IMG/VR virus record: IMGVR_UViG_3300042997_000098 | Coordinates: 1-26,810 of that record | Direction: 5' to 3' (one strand) | Source: a virus | Lineage: Duplodnaviria > Caudoviricetes | Length of the DNA: 26,810 bases | Shown: one piece after another, positions 1 through 8,870 of the stretch | Numbering within the stretch: position 1 is the stretch's first letter | Layout: each line of letters begins with the position of its first letter | Program-made: the position numbers and the translations under genes | The notes under the pieces: model-generated | What the model saw: only the letters and a program-made list of their open reading frames with translations | Databases searched by the model: none | Told to the model about the DNA's origin: nothing

Positions 1-101
1 ACTTCTTCGATAGGTGCAGGAGCAGGAGCAGGTGCTTCTACTTGTGGCATATCTTCGAACAAAGCCCTAATTTGCATAATTGCATCTTTTGCGTTCATCA
101 T
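1..101 (-). CDS. N-terminus of probable capsid scaffold protein (runs off the window)
   Basis: Manual translation from ATG at 101 or 98 gives MMNAKDAIMQIRALFEDMPQVEAPAPAPAPIEE. It lies directly after the prohead protease and is Pro/Ala/Glu-rich. Function is inferred from position. Confidence 0.55.
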   Translation of the reverse strand, partial: MMNAKDAIMQIRALFEDMPQVEAPAPAPAPIEE

Positions 102-109
102 TCTTTTTG

Positions 110-147
110 TTTAAATATTAATAAAAGATTTAGTTTATCATTTAACC
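110..147 (-). promoter_or_regulatory. Candidate late promoter, copy 1 (GGTTAAATGATAA-N13-TTAATATTTAAA)
   Basis: Identical 13-nt and 12-nt blocks with the same 13-nt spacing also occur at 726-763. Both copies sit just upstream of head-gene starts. Confidence 0.65.
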
Positions 148-722
148 CGTTGCAATATTTCCTTTATTGCATTCATAAGTTCTTGTTCTTTGCTTGGCTT
201 AGTCTTATAGGTAAATAAACCCTCTACGCTAAACCCTTTGAATTTGCCCTCTTTAACGTCGTTCCATACTGCATCATTTTCTACTTTGAACGAACCGAAC
301 CACGAGCCGTCTGGTGCATCTTCAAAACCCTTCATTGGTTGTATGCCTCTGCTCTCGTCTGTAATAAAGCTCTCAAACATTGTTACCCCTTCTACCTGAG
401 CATCAGGAGAATGCATTAAGTTTACGTTTGATTGGTAGCCTTTTTTGAAAAACTTTTGAGCAATCTTAAAAATAGTATCCTTAGAGAACACCACATAATA
501 ATCCCCGTAAGTAGCATCGCTGCGAAAAATAGGTACATCAGCCAACATAAGAGGGCCAGAGATAATTCGCTTATCTTCGCTAACCACTTCAAAGCGCTGT
601 TGGTTTTTAAAGGCATTCCAATTCTTTTGTATAGCCGGTCTGTCTACGAGTGCAACGTAATCTACTTCTGCATCGTCATTCATATCCTCGCTAATGTCTA
701 ATAAATAAACAGGTAAATCCAT
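138..722 (-). CDS. Prohead serine protease, XkdF-like
   Basis: VALVDRPAI, KRIISGPLMLADVPIFR, NLMH, GSWFGSFKV and GKFKGFSVEG are typical XkdF/S78-type protease motifs. Confidence 0.85.
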   Translation of the reverse strand: MDLPVYLLDISEDMNDDAEVDYVALVDRPAIQKNWNAFKNQQRFEVVSEDKRIISGPLMLADVPIFRSDATYGDYYVVFSKDTIFKIAQKFFKKGYQSNVNLMHSPDAQVEGVTMFESFITDESRGIQPMKGFEDAPDGSWFGSFKVENDAVWNDVKEGKFKGFSVEGLFTYKTKPSKEQELMNAIKEILQRVK

Positions 723-725
723 ATC

Positions 726-763
726 TTTAAATATTAAGTGTTTTAAATTGTTATCATTTAACC
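726..763 (-). promoter_or_regulatory. Candidate late promoter, copy 2 (GGTTAAATGATAA-N13-TTAATATTTAAA)
   Basis: Same bipartite motif as 110-147. It ends 3 nt before the protease ATG. Confidence 0.65.
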
Positions 764-2617
764 GAACCTTGCCCTTTGTTGAATAGCTGCTATTCTTTGT
801 TGGTTACTCGTTACATCGTTCTCTACAACGTAGGCTCTAACGGCTTGGTTGCCTATTGCGTTAATTGTCTGATTGCTTAATGTAGTTGTTTGAGGTTGAG
901 GAGGTTGTAATGGCGCTCCTGCTGAAACGCTTGGAGCAGAAGCTCCACCGCCTACTCCACCTGAGCCACCGCCTTTAAATTTAGCTATTGAAGTAGCTGC
1001 AATAGCTGCAATACCTGCACCTGCTCTTATTTTTGCACCTAAAATATATTTTGCTTTAATTAAAGCACCACCATCTGGTAATAAACTCCACGTTGGGTTA
1101 GCTCCATACGCTGAAATTTCTCTTTGTGTATCTACAACAATTTTAGCGATAGCTAAGGCTTTATCAATTACAAAAATAGCATTTGCTATCTTTTCATTTT
1201 CTCCTGCTAAACTAGCCAATAAATTAAGACCTGCTGCTGCTGCTTGAAATTTTGCATCTTGTAAAGCTTGGTCGGCTTGTAGCTCAGCTAGTCTTGCTTC
1301 TTCTTTTAATTTTTGGTCTTTTAATATACTTTGATAAGTGTAGTTAGTTATTTTAGCTAATGAATTTATTATTTCCTGTTCCTTTTTTCTCCTTTCTTCT
1401 GCTTCTTGGGCATCTAACGCATTTAGTTCTTTTTGGGTTAATATTTTAGCATTTTTTGCGTCTTTCCTTCTCTTATCGTATTCAGCTAATAAATCATCTG
1501 TTAGCTTCTTTTCTTTTGCAAGTTCATTTTCAATCCTTGTTGATTGTGCTTCTGCTGCTTCGTTTGCTGCTGCTTTGTCAATAGCATTGATAGATAATTG
1601 ATAACCTGCTCTTTTATTCTTTAAATCTACTAATGATTTGTCAATAGCAGCTATTGTCTCTTTACCTTTTTTCTCTGCTTCTACTGGGTCAAATACTAAC
1701 CCTGCAATACCGCCAGAAAACTTCTCTTCTAATTTGAAATCTTTGCCTAATGCCTTTCCTACCTGGTCAACAGTAGTTAAGATAAGTGATAAAGGAGCAA
1801 ATAAAAATCTAACAATGCCCTGTAAGATTTCCTTGTTTCTTTTCTCAGCTTCTAACTGAGCTTTTACAACTACTTTTTGTTGTGCTAACTGCTGCTCAGT
1901 TGCTTTAATTACCTCATCAGTTTGTTTAATTTTAATTCCTAAAATCTCCTTTTCTGATTTGCCTTGCAGCTTTAAAATATTATCTTGGCTATCAATAGCT
2001 GATAACTTCTCTTGTTGAGCCTTTACATTCTTATTTGTTTCCTCTGTTAGCTTCTTTTGTTCTACACTTACACCGCTTACTGCTGCTTTAATCTCATCCC
2101 AATAAGCAACTATTGCCCCTAATGCTAATACTAATAAACCAATGCCACTTGAACCGATTGCAGCTTTAATACCCTTGAAGGCATCAATAGCAACAGTCTT
2201 AACATTCTTAAACGCATCTCCTAAGTCTCCTAATTGTTCAAGACCTTGCGATAGTGCAAGAGCTGACTGCACTTTTGCCAATGTCTTTTGTACATCTTCG
2301 CCTTCTGCACCAAGTAGACCCAATGCTCCTTGTACCGCAGCAAATCCACCGGCTACTGAGCTAAGTGTTTGAGAAAAAGCCTTAAACTTAGTATCTGGGT
2401 TAAAGGCATCAATTAAGTTTTTAGAGTCACCGATTGCGTCTTTTAGTTCAGATGCTCTCTTAGCTGCTGCTACTGCTTGTTCCGATGTAGCACCAAACTT
2501 CTCAGATAAAGCCTGTACCTCTGCCGTTGCTTGTCTTAACTGCGTTTTTAACGAGCCTAAGGCTTGTTCTGTGTTGCCGCCTACTGTTATATTTATACCT
2601 ACGTTCTCTTGTGCCAT
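758..2617 (-). CDS. Tail tape measure-like protein
   Basis: 619 aa, Ala/Lys/Gln-rich and helical, with hydrophobic Gly/Ala stretches (GIGLLVLALGAIVAYW) and a C-terminal RAYVVENDVT motif. It lies among structural genes. Confidence 0.75.
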   Translation of the reverse strand: MAQENVGINITVGGNTEQALGSLKTQLRQATAEVQALSEKFGATSEQAVAAAKRASELKDAIGDSKNLIDAFNPDTKFKAFSQTLSSVAGGFAAVQGALGLLGAEGEDVQKTLAKVQSALALSQGLEQLGDLGDAFKNVKTVAIDAFKGIKAAIGSSGIGLLVLALGAIVAYWDEIKAAVSGVSVEQKKLTEETNKNVKAQQEKLSAIDSQDNILKLQGKSEKEILGIKIKQTDEVIKATEQQLAQQKVVVKAQLEAEKRNKEILQGIVRFLFAPLSLILTTVDQVGKALGKDFKLEEKFSGGIAGLVFDPVEAEKKGKETIAAIDKSLVDLKNKRAGYQLSINAIDKAAANEAAEAQSTRIENELAKEKKLTDDLLAEYDKRRKDAKNAKILTQKELNALDAQEAEERRKKEQEIINSLAKITNYTYQSILKDQKLKEEARLAELQADQALQDAKFQAAAAGLNLLASLAGENEKIANAIFVIDKALAIAKIVVDTQREISAYGANPTWSLLPDGGALIKAKYILGAKIRAGAGIAAIAATSIAKFKGGGSGGVGGGASAPSVSAGAPLQPPQPQTTTLSNQTINAIGNQAVRAYVVENDVTSNQQRIAAIQQRARFG

Positions 2618-4668
2618 TAGTATTGTGTTTCTATTACTTTAAGAAATGATAGTTTAGTAGTATTGTATTCCATAGGGTTGAAGTTCTCAACTTTATTAAG
2701 TCTAAATAATACCCCGTCTATAAATACATACTTACTAAAATCTAAGTTGAAAATGTCTATAATATCAAGTAAACCAAAGCAGGTTAATAGTTTACTATCC
2801 TTGCTTGTTATCTCTGCAATATAAGGACTATGATAAGCATTAAATACGTTTGTGCTTGGGTATCTATTAGGATTAAATTGTAGCTCTTTTGGTGCGCCAA
2901 AGTTTATATCGTTATTAGGGTTAATTGGGTCATCTAAGTGTCCGGCATAACCATAGCTTGTATAAGATGCTAAAACAGTTGCTCCATTCATTATGTTCCA
3001 ACTACTAACTTCTGTTATTTTTTTAACCTGCATAATTCTTATTATGCTATCCATTCTGTCCTCTGCGTTATTCGTATTGGACTTCTTATAGATTGCCGGG
3101 AACACTTTGTCCTGTCCTGTTGCTTGGTATAATGTAGATGCCGCAAATATAACTTCTAAGGTGTCGGTTTCTTTTACAAAGTCAAACTCAGTATCATAAA
3201 TAAAATCTCCATAGCCTTCTGTGTACTTCTTGCGGTAGTTCTCGCCATAGAAATCATTATCAGGCTTGAACTTGTAGTTATAGTAACGAGCATTAATCTC
3301 ACTCATTGGCTTAATACTAAAAGGCTTTGCTCTATCTATTTTGTTAGTCCAATCTTCTGCATTAGCCGATACCTCAGGATAGAAGTCCACATACGGACTA
3401 ATAACCAGCTCCTTGTCGTTAAACTTATTCTCATAAACGTAAAGGTTAAACATCTTAACTATACTCAAAAAGAAATCTCTTTGAAATATACCTCTTGGTA
3501 TTGTTTCGTTTATCTTAATATTTTCTCCTAAATTAATTTGTACTAATGTAGGTTTTGCAGTTGTGATAGTTAAGTTACCTGTAAATATTTCAACTTCCAT
3601 TAATGTACCGAGTATCTCAACCTGTATGTAATCTGTATTAGCAAAAGTTATATTGTCTACTGTGAAATCACAAGCTATAATTCTTCTAATACTTGCATCA
3701 AAATCTTGACTTCCTATTGGAACTCCATTTTTTCTTAATATAACAGAAAAGTTAGAGTTAGAAGGATTGAATGAATTTACAAAACCGCTTAACGTTACTC
3801 TTATACTTGTGCTGATACTAGAACCTGTATAAGTAAATACTTCTCCAAATGCATCTGCCGTAAAGCTACCTGCCGTTGTTATAGTATATCTGACATAAGG
3901 TTCGCTTGTTAAGTTCATTGTCCTGTTATTAGCAGTAGCACTAAAACTTGTATTATTAGAAGCCGTTATGTTTGTCTGGTTATGCGGTATAATCAAGCGG
4001 TTAAATAAAGCCGTATTAAAGAACGAGCAATCAAATGTATAATCTGTTCCGGCAAATATCTTTTGTATATACTCCTTAACATATAAAGCCGGTCTAAACG
4101 TTGTATATTGAAAGTCCTTTTTAGCTACCCCATTAACTCCTGTGCTAACATTTCCGTAATCAATAAGCGGATAGTAGTAACCAGAGCCTCCGGCATTATC
4201 CCAACTAGAACTAATATTAGCCACGCTATAAGTATGGTTGTAAGCACTAAAATCTAAATCTTCTAAACGTCTATTTCCTAGCTGATTAATAAAACCGCCA
4301 AGCTCTCCTACTACGCTACATTGGTATTCAATAGTTTCTTTGTCTATAACTATTTCCAATATTCGTAAAGTGCCCTTAAATATCTGTACCTTATCAATAA
4401 AGATTTTGCAGTTAGCTTGTTTAGTTACGTTGAAATTATAGCCAACGTTCGGAAGCGTGTTGTCTGTGAAGTTAGCATTGTTAAGTTCGAAGATGTAACC
4501 AAAGACAAGGTTGTTGTTTGCCGTTCCCGGTATGCTAATTGTTTTGCTATAAGAAGTATTGCGGCTACCAAACTCACTTACATCATCAATGGCATAAGTG
4601 AACTCGGTAGATATATCCTGCAATAAATCTATCTTCTGCTCTTCTATGTATATCTCTGTGCTAATCAT
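2617..4668 (-). CDS. Virion structural protein (tail tip/hub-like)
   Basis: 683 aa, beta-rich, with N-terminal SYSKTISIPGTANNNLVF and YYYPLIDYG motifs of the kind seen in Bacteroidota phage tail proteins. Its stop overlaps the TMP start (TAATG). Confidence 0.6.
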   Translation of the reverse strand: MISTEIYIEEQKIDLLQDISTEFTYAIDDVSEFGSRNTSYSKTISIPGTANNNLVFGYIFELNNANFTDNTLPNVGYNFNVTKQANCKIFIDKVQIFKGTLRILEIVIDKETIEYQCSVVGELGGFINQLGNRRLEDLDFSAYNHTYSVANISSSWDNAGGSGYYYPLIDYGNVSTGVNGVAKKDFQYTTFRPALYVKEYIQKIFAGTDYTFDCSFFNTALFNRLIIPHNQTNITASNNTSFSATANNRTMNLTSEPYVRYTITTAGSFTADAFGEVFTYTGSSISTSIRVTLSGFVNSFNPSNSNFSVILRKNGVPIGSQDFDASIRRIIACDFTVDNITFANTDYIQVEILGTLMEVEIFTGNLTITTAKPTLVQINLGENIKINETIPRGIFQRDFFLSIVKMFNLYVYENKFNDKELVISPYVDFYPEVSANAEDWTNKIDRAKPFSIKPMSEINARYYNYKFKPDNDFYGENYRKKYTEGYGDFIYDTEFDFVKETDTLEVIFAASTLYQATGQDKVFPAIYKKSNTNNAEDRMDSIIRIMQVKKITEVSSWNIMNGATVLASYTSYGYAGHLDDPINPNNDINFGAPKELQFNPNRYPSTNVFNAYHSPYIAEITSKDSKLLTCFGLLDIIDIFNLDFSKYVFIDGVLFRLNKVENFNPMEYNTTKLSFLKVIETQY

Positions 4669-5882
4669 TATCTGAATTGGCTTGTTAAGTATTTGCCTAC
4701 TTCTATTTCAATATCAAAGTTAAATAGTTTGTCTGCGCTTTCTAGCTTATACTCGTAATTCGTTGTGGTTATGGTAACAGGGAAGTAAGCACCAAGTACC
4801 TCCATATATACAATAGGACTTGATACAAGCTGAGCCAACCACGCATAGTCCTGTTCGCTAACCCAATCAGAAGTAAGCCTATATCTATCTTTATGCTGAA
4901 TAGCATAGTTGAAAGTTGTTTCGTTATATCTGTTATATCCATCTATATTTGTCATTTGTCCACCTACAAGCTGCCAATCGCTTCGCCTATATGATGCTCT
5001 TTGATATTCGCTTGACCTTCTATTTACAAGGGCAAACTTCTTTGTGTCCCAACCGCCTAATCTATTTAGGAACTCTAAGTTAAATTGTTGGTATTTAGGA
5101 TAACACTTATGTCTTATCTTAATAACCCTCGTCTTTGCAGCACCTCTTTTCAAATAGAAGTTATAGCCGTAAGTATCTTCATTTATTATAGTTCCAGAAG
5201 CAAAGTCATTAATATGTGCTGCTTGTAGGTTAAACATATTAAACTGACCGCTTAGGGTTATATTGCCGGATACTGTGTTAGTAACAACATCGCCTTGCCC
5301 TAATACTTCAACCCAAGCAGAATAGCCGCCTGTTGATATGCGAAGGAACGTAATGTAAAAATTATCTCCGTATTCTAGCGTAATCTCGTCTGTATCTCTT
5401 TCGGTCAAAAAGTCATCAGTAAAGTTTTCTAATAGTAAATTATCGTAATAGTCAGATAACACTAACGGGGTCTGGTTCTTTGTCAGGAACACATCTGCAA
5501 ACAATGGCGGTACAAAGTTGTAAGCTGAGTAGCTGCCGGAAGCTAAGTTAGTAGTTGTTACCCCACTTACCTCTTCACCTATCCTTACTTGATAATCTAC
5601 TTTAATCTTATCGTTTGATGCTACAAGTATTGAGTTGCCAGAAGGCTCAAAGTAATTAGTTACGAAACTTCTAACCATTGGAGAAGCGTTGAACACCCCA
5701 TAGCTGCCTTCTGCACTTGGAGAAGGGAATACTTTTGACCTAATTACCTGACTGCCGTTTATATAGACATCATAAACAAACTTAAAGTTTGTAGTTCCGC
5801 TATTAGTAGAACTTGAAACGAACCACAAGTTATCGTGCATTGACGAATAAGGCGCAGGGCTACTTGTTATTGTTATTGCCAT
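4668..5882 (-). CDS. Virion structural protein (distal tail-like)
   Basis: Likely start is MAITITSSP at 5882. It has the FLNRLGGWD and LTSDWV..LAQLVSSPIVY motifs and sits in a structural context. Confidence 0.6.
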   Translation of the reverse strand: MAITITSSPAPYSSMHDNLWFVSSSTNSGTTNFKFVYDVYINGSQVIRSKVFPSPSAEGSYGVFNASPMVRSFVTNYFEPSGNSILVASNDKIKVDYQVRIGEEVSGVTTTNLASGSYSAYNFVPPLFADVFLTKNQTPLVLSDYYDNLLLENFTDDFLTERDTDEITLEYGDNFYITFLRISTGGYSAWVEVLGQGDVVTNTVSGNITLSGQFNMFNLQAAHINDFASGTIINEDTYGYNFYLKRGAAKTRVIKIRHKCYPKYQQFNLEFLNRLGGWDTKKFALVNRRSSEYQRASYRRSDWQLVGGQMTNIDGYNRYNETTFNYAIQHKDRYRLTSDWVSEQDYAWLAQLVSSPIVYMEVLGAYFPVTITTTNYEYKLESADKLFNFDIEIEVGKYLTSQFR

Positions 5883-6525
5883 TGATTGCTTGTTTGATTT
5901 GAATTTGCACATCGCCACCTAATGCGACTGCTAAATTTTGGATAAATTCTTTATTAAATATTTGAGCTACTGCTCTGTCAAAGTAGTGAGTAGATTTTAA
6001 ACCTTTTCTGTGTATGCTACGGGCAATTAAAAAGGCTAAGGACTTGTTGCCCTCTATTCCCTTCCTCTCAGTTCCTAGTCTTGTATATCTCGATACCGAT
6101 ACCGATTTGAGCTTGTTGTAACTAAGCCATTTTTCTATTTGGCTAACCGGCACGGCTTTTTTATTGGTCTTAAAAGCGTAGGGTGTTTTGCTATCTGCCT
6201 TTACGTTCTTAGTACCTTTAACCCCTTTATTTACAAAGTCATAGTATTTAGAGGCTTCACTACCCGGCTCATAACCTAAGCTTAAAACGTAGCCTGTTCC
6301 GAACTTTGTAATGATAGGTTGAGCTGGGTCTGCTAACTTACCAGAACTTGTAATGTTTTCATTATCTAATATTTCAGTAAGTCTATTATTAAAGGCTTCT
6401 CCATAAATAGCAAGTACCCTCTCCAATATAGGTAACTCATTTGGATTGACTATGTTAAAGCCACCTCCTAAGCTTTGTATAAAGTTTTCTCTTAATGCTT
6501 CTATTTGCGCTCTTGATATGCTCAC
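5860..6525 (-). CDS. Neck/tail-completion protein (HK97 gp10-like)
   Basis: GTG start. Motifs include SSGKL, YYDFVNKGVKG and AFLIARSIHRKGLKSTHYF. Confidence 0.55.
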   Translation of the reverse strand: MSISRAQIEALRENFIQSLGGGFNIVNPNELPILERVLAIYGEAFNNRLTEILDNENITSSGKLADPAQPIITKFGTGYVLSLGYEPGSEASKYYDFVNKGVKGTKNVKADSKTPYAFKTNKKAVPVSQIEKWLSYNKLKSVSVSRYTRLGTERKGIEGNKSLAFLIARSIHRKGLKSTHYFDRAVAQIFNKEFIQNLAVALGGDVQIQIKQAINGNNNNK

Positions 6526-6547
6526 GCTAATAAATATAAGGAAGGTA

Positions 6548-6582
6548 TAAAAATAACTAACCCCACCAAAAATGGCAGGGCT
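6548..6582 (-). terminator. Probable intrinsic terminator
   Basis: Minus-strand stem AGCCCUGCCA-UUUU-UGGUGGGGUU followed by AGUUAUUUUU. It lies just after the stop of the -1 frame ORF at 6595. Confidence 0.55.
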
Positions 6583-6594
6583 TGTCTGGGGGTC

Positions 6595-6874
6595 TTATTT
6601 AAGTTTCCTATGCTGCTCCTTGTCAAAGTCAGCTTTTGCCTTTAAGTAGGATAGGGTGTTTAAGAATTGGATTGTTGCAAGTTCATAGCTTTGGTCAACT
6701 GTGATATTTTCGTGGTCGGCAACAGATTTGGCGCAATATTGCCATCCAAACTGCTGCATAAAATTTGAACCGCCTCTTGTGCCAATTCCGGTGTCATTCC
6801 CTTCGCCATCATCTCTTGTATCAAATAAGCCTGAGAAACTTCTATCCAATTTCTGTATACTTGATAAAAAAAAA
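6595..6874 (-). CDS. -1 frame extension (gpGT-like C-terminus) of the 6660..7352 gene
   Basis: The -1 frame is open from the T9 run at 6866-6874 to a stop at 6595: ...FFLSSIQKLDRSFSGLF...FGWQY...FLNTLSYLKAK. There is no strong independent start near the T9 run. Confidence 0.65.
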
Positions 6875-7352
6875 CAACCGAATGATAAATATGTACAAAA
6901 TTAGAGGCTTGTAGGTCTGCTGCATAATCGCTATGCTTGGCAGCGTCGTAGGTATCATCTACCCATCTGCCGTACCAAGTCCTGCGCTGAGGCATAACCA
7001 TAGAGGCTGCTAACTTGTGTAAGTTACCAACTAAGTCCGTGCTAAATACTTTGCTCTCGATGTATCTGGCTGCTTTAATCTGCTGAACATCATAGATAAA
7101 TCTATAACGTTTGCCGTTTACTTCTGTGTACCTGACCGGCTTACCTTCTATCTTATCGTCTAAAAAACTTAGTGTACCCCTTAGATTATTGAACTGCTGA
7201 ATAGTCAAGCTATCCACCTGAGTATCTGTAAGGTTGTAGATTATGCCTACTAACTTACTCTCTACATCTAAGTTAGTCCAATCCTTCTCAGGCTTTGTAA
7301 CTATTGGATAGATTTGTTGGTACTGCCATACTGTTAATTCGTTCCAAGTCAT
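6660..7352 (-). CDS. Putative tail assembly chaperone (gpG-like) with slippery site
   Basis: 230 aa starting MTWNELTVWQYQ. It contains GTT TTT TTT TAT (VFFY) at the point where a second frame opens. Confidence 0.6.
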   Translation of the reverse strand: MTWNELTVWQYQQIYPIVTKPEKDWTNLDVESKLVGIIYNLTDTQVDSLTIQQFNNLRGTLSFLDDKIEGKPVRYTEVNGKRYRFIYDVQQIKAARYIESKVFSTDLVGNLHKLAASMVMPQRRTWYGRWVDDTYDAAKHSDYAADLQASNFVHIYHSVVFFYQVYRNWIEVSQAYLIQEMMAKGMTPELAQEAVQILCSSLDGNIAPNLLPTTKISQLTKAMNLQQSNS

Positions 7353-7594
7353 AATTTTTCTATTTCAGTTTTAACTTCCTGCCAATATTCAATACATTCA
7401 TCAACCATATCCGAATAAAGTTCTATGTAACTACTTTTTAATGGATTTGTTGGTGATGCATCTATTATCTCGTCTACTGCTATTAAGGCGCATTGTTTAG
7501 CTAATTGCTTATCCATACCAAACCTAATATCCGTATTATTAGGCTTCATTAAAAAATCAATACATAATTTATCTGCCTTTTCTTTTGGTGTCAT
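7349..7594 (-). CDS. Small conserved phage hypothetical protein
   Basis: The pattern MTPKEKA...AKQCALIAVDEII...YWQEVKTEIEKL is one I recognise from Bacteroidota phages. ATGA overlap with the next gene. Confidence 0.7.
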   Translation of the reverse strand: MTPKEKADKLCIDFLMKPNNTDIRFGMDKQLAKQCALIAVDEIIDASPTNPLKSSYIELYSDMVDECIEYWQEVKTEIEKL

Positions 7595-7691
7595 TTGCGT
7601 AGTTTTAACATTATCTCATAAGCAAGATGCCCACCTATGTAGCATAACGCTGCCAAAGGTAAGCAAATTGCAAAGAAGTATAATATTTTTA

Positions 7692-8249
7692 TTATTTTAA
7701 TGATACGGCTACGTTTGTGGTGCTACTCTTTGCCGGTGGGTAAACCTTTTTAACCTCGCCAGTAACTCCGTTAATAATTTCAAGCCCTTGATGTGGCACC
7801 TTCTTTAAGAACTCTTCCATATCCTTTTTACGCTTTGTGGCATCGTTAAAGTCAGCCATTATATCCTCGTAGTCTGTGCTTTCGCATTTAGAGAAGTCGT
7901 ATTTAACCCCTACCTCTCTGATGTTAAACTTAGCACTCATATACTCAAAGTCCTTGCCATTTAATACGGCTGCTTGTAATACGGCATCTTTATAGTCCTT
8001 GTTGTTCTTTAATGTGTCAAGCATATCCTCTAAGGCTTTAACCTGTATATGCGTTTTTAACGGGTCAAGCTCCCCTGCGTTTAAGCGTTCAATTACTTGG
8101 TGGGTAAACTCCACCCTTTGTTCTTTTGTTGTTTCAAAGATTAATTGTAGTTCCATTTGTTTGTTTATTTGTAGTTTATATGGTTCTGTTGTATTAACTG
8201 ATATTCTTGGCATACCAAAATATCCATCGTCATCAAAATAAAAACTCAT
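7692..8249 (-). CDS. Hypothetical phage protein (alternative start 8156, MELQLIF)
   Basis: Long ORF with KYDFSKC and a TGEV..PPAKSSTT C-terminus. There is an A-rich leader before 8156. Confidence 0.7.
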   Translation of the reverse strand: MSFYFDDDGYFGMPRISVNTTEPYKLQINKQMELQLIFETTKEQRVEFTHQVIERLNAGELDPLKTHIQVKALEDMLDTLKNNKDYKDAVLQAAVLNGKDFEYMSAKFNIREVGVKYDFSKCESTDYEDIMADFNDATKRKKDMEEFLKKVPHQGLEIINGVTGEVKKVYPPAKSSTTNVAVSLK

Positions 8250-8458
8250 ATTGTTTCTGGTTTGTAATTATCAATGTCAAAAAAGCCTACTTCTGATTTA
8301 TCTACCGGCTTCCTTAATCTGCGTTTAGAAGGTTCGTAACCCTGCTCGTTGCAGTAAGTAAGTATTTCCAGATAGGTAGCATCTATGTTATTCATCATTA
8401 TGCTGATAGGCTCACTTGCGTAATATTTGTCTATGTATTCTTTGTTGCTTTGGGTCAT
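8246..8458 (-). CDS. Hypothetical protein
   Basis: 70 aa from ATG 8458 (MTQSNKEYIDKYY). Overlaps both neighbours. Confidence 0.6.
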   Translation of the reverse strand: MTQSNKEYIDKYYASEPISIMMNNIDATYLEILTYCNEQGYEPSKRRLRKPVDKSEVGFFDIDNYKPETI

Positions 8459-8537
8459 AATTTTTAATTGTGTAGTCAAATAATGCTGCCATTACAAAAC
8501 CTGTTGCAATTAGCAGAAGGCAGATAGCGTATATCAT
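8412..8537 (-). CDS. Small membrane peptide (41 aa, not in ORF track)
   Basis: MIYAICLLLIATGFVMAALFDYTIKNYDPKQQRIHRQILRK, with ATGA coupling to the upstream peptide. Confidence 0.55.
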   Translation of the reverse strand: MIYAICLLLIATGFVMAALFDYTIKNYDPKQQRIHRQILRK

Positions 8538-8620
8538 TTTGAGTAAAAATCTTGTAATTGACCAATAAGGTAACAAGCTGCTACTAATACTGCTAAAAAT
8601 TGTGCGGTTTCTTTTTTCAT
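8534..8620 (-). CDS. Small hydrophobic peptide (28 aa, not in ORF track)
   Basis: MKKETAQFLAVLVAACYLIGQLQDFYSK, preceded by the leader AACCAAACACAATG. Confidence 0.55.
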   Translation of the reverse strand: MKKETAQFLAVLVAACYLIGQLQDFYSK

Positions 8621-8676
8621 TGTGTTTGGTTTAGTTGGTTAAATTGTGCGTTGAATAGTCGCACCCCTATTTTTGT

Positions 8677-8808
8677 TTATTTGATTGCTTTGATTTTTTT
8701 GCTAATCGCTAAGTAGGTTTCGCAGTATTCATTTGTTGTTAAAAGCTTTTGTGCAAAAGCAATTCTTAGGTCTTGTAGTTGTTTTTCTAATTGGGTTAAA
8801 GTTGTCAT
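8677..8808 (-). CDS. Small hypothetical protein (43 aa)
   Basis: MTTLTQLEKQLQDLRIAF..., preceded by the leader AAACAAAACACAATG and a promoter-like box. Confidence 0.6.
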   Translation of the reverse strand: MTTLTQLEKQLQDLRIAFAQKLLTTNEYCETYLAISKKIKAIK

Positions 8809-8837
8809 TGTGTTTTGTTTTATGGTTAATTGGTATG

Positions 8838-8870
8838 TAAATCTACAACCTTTTAACATTCAACAATCAA
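8838..8870 (-). promoter_or_regulatory. Host-type (Bacteroidota sigma70-like) promoter variant
   Basis: TAGATTTA (TAnnTTTG with a final A) at 8838-8845, with TTG 18 and 22 nt upstream, in the gap after terL. Confidence 0.45.

Noticed and set aside
422-616. Minus-strand 64-aa ORF nested in the protease gene
   Set aside because: No motif, promoter or coupling supports it, unlike the nested MTase and frameshift ORFs.
7591-7710. Open frame encoding a TM-like peptide (IIKILYFFAICLPLAALCYIGGHLAYEIMLKLRK) and a TACCTTTG box at 7654-7661
   Set aside because: There is no ATG/GTG before the hydrophobic segment, so I cannot tell a non-canonical-start gene from a promoter region. Left uncalled.
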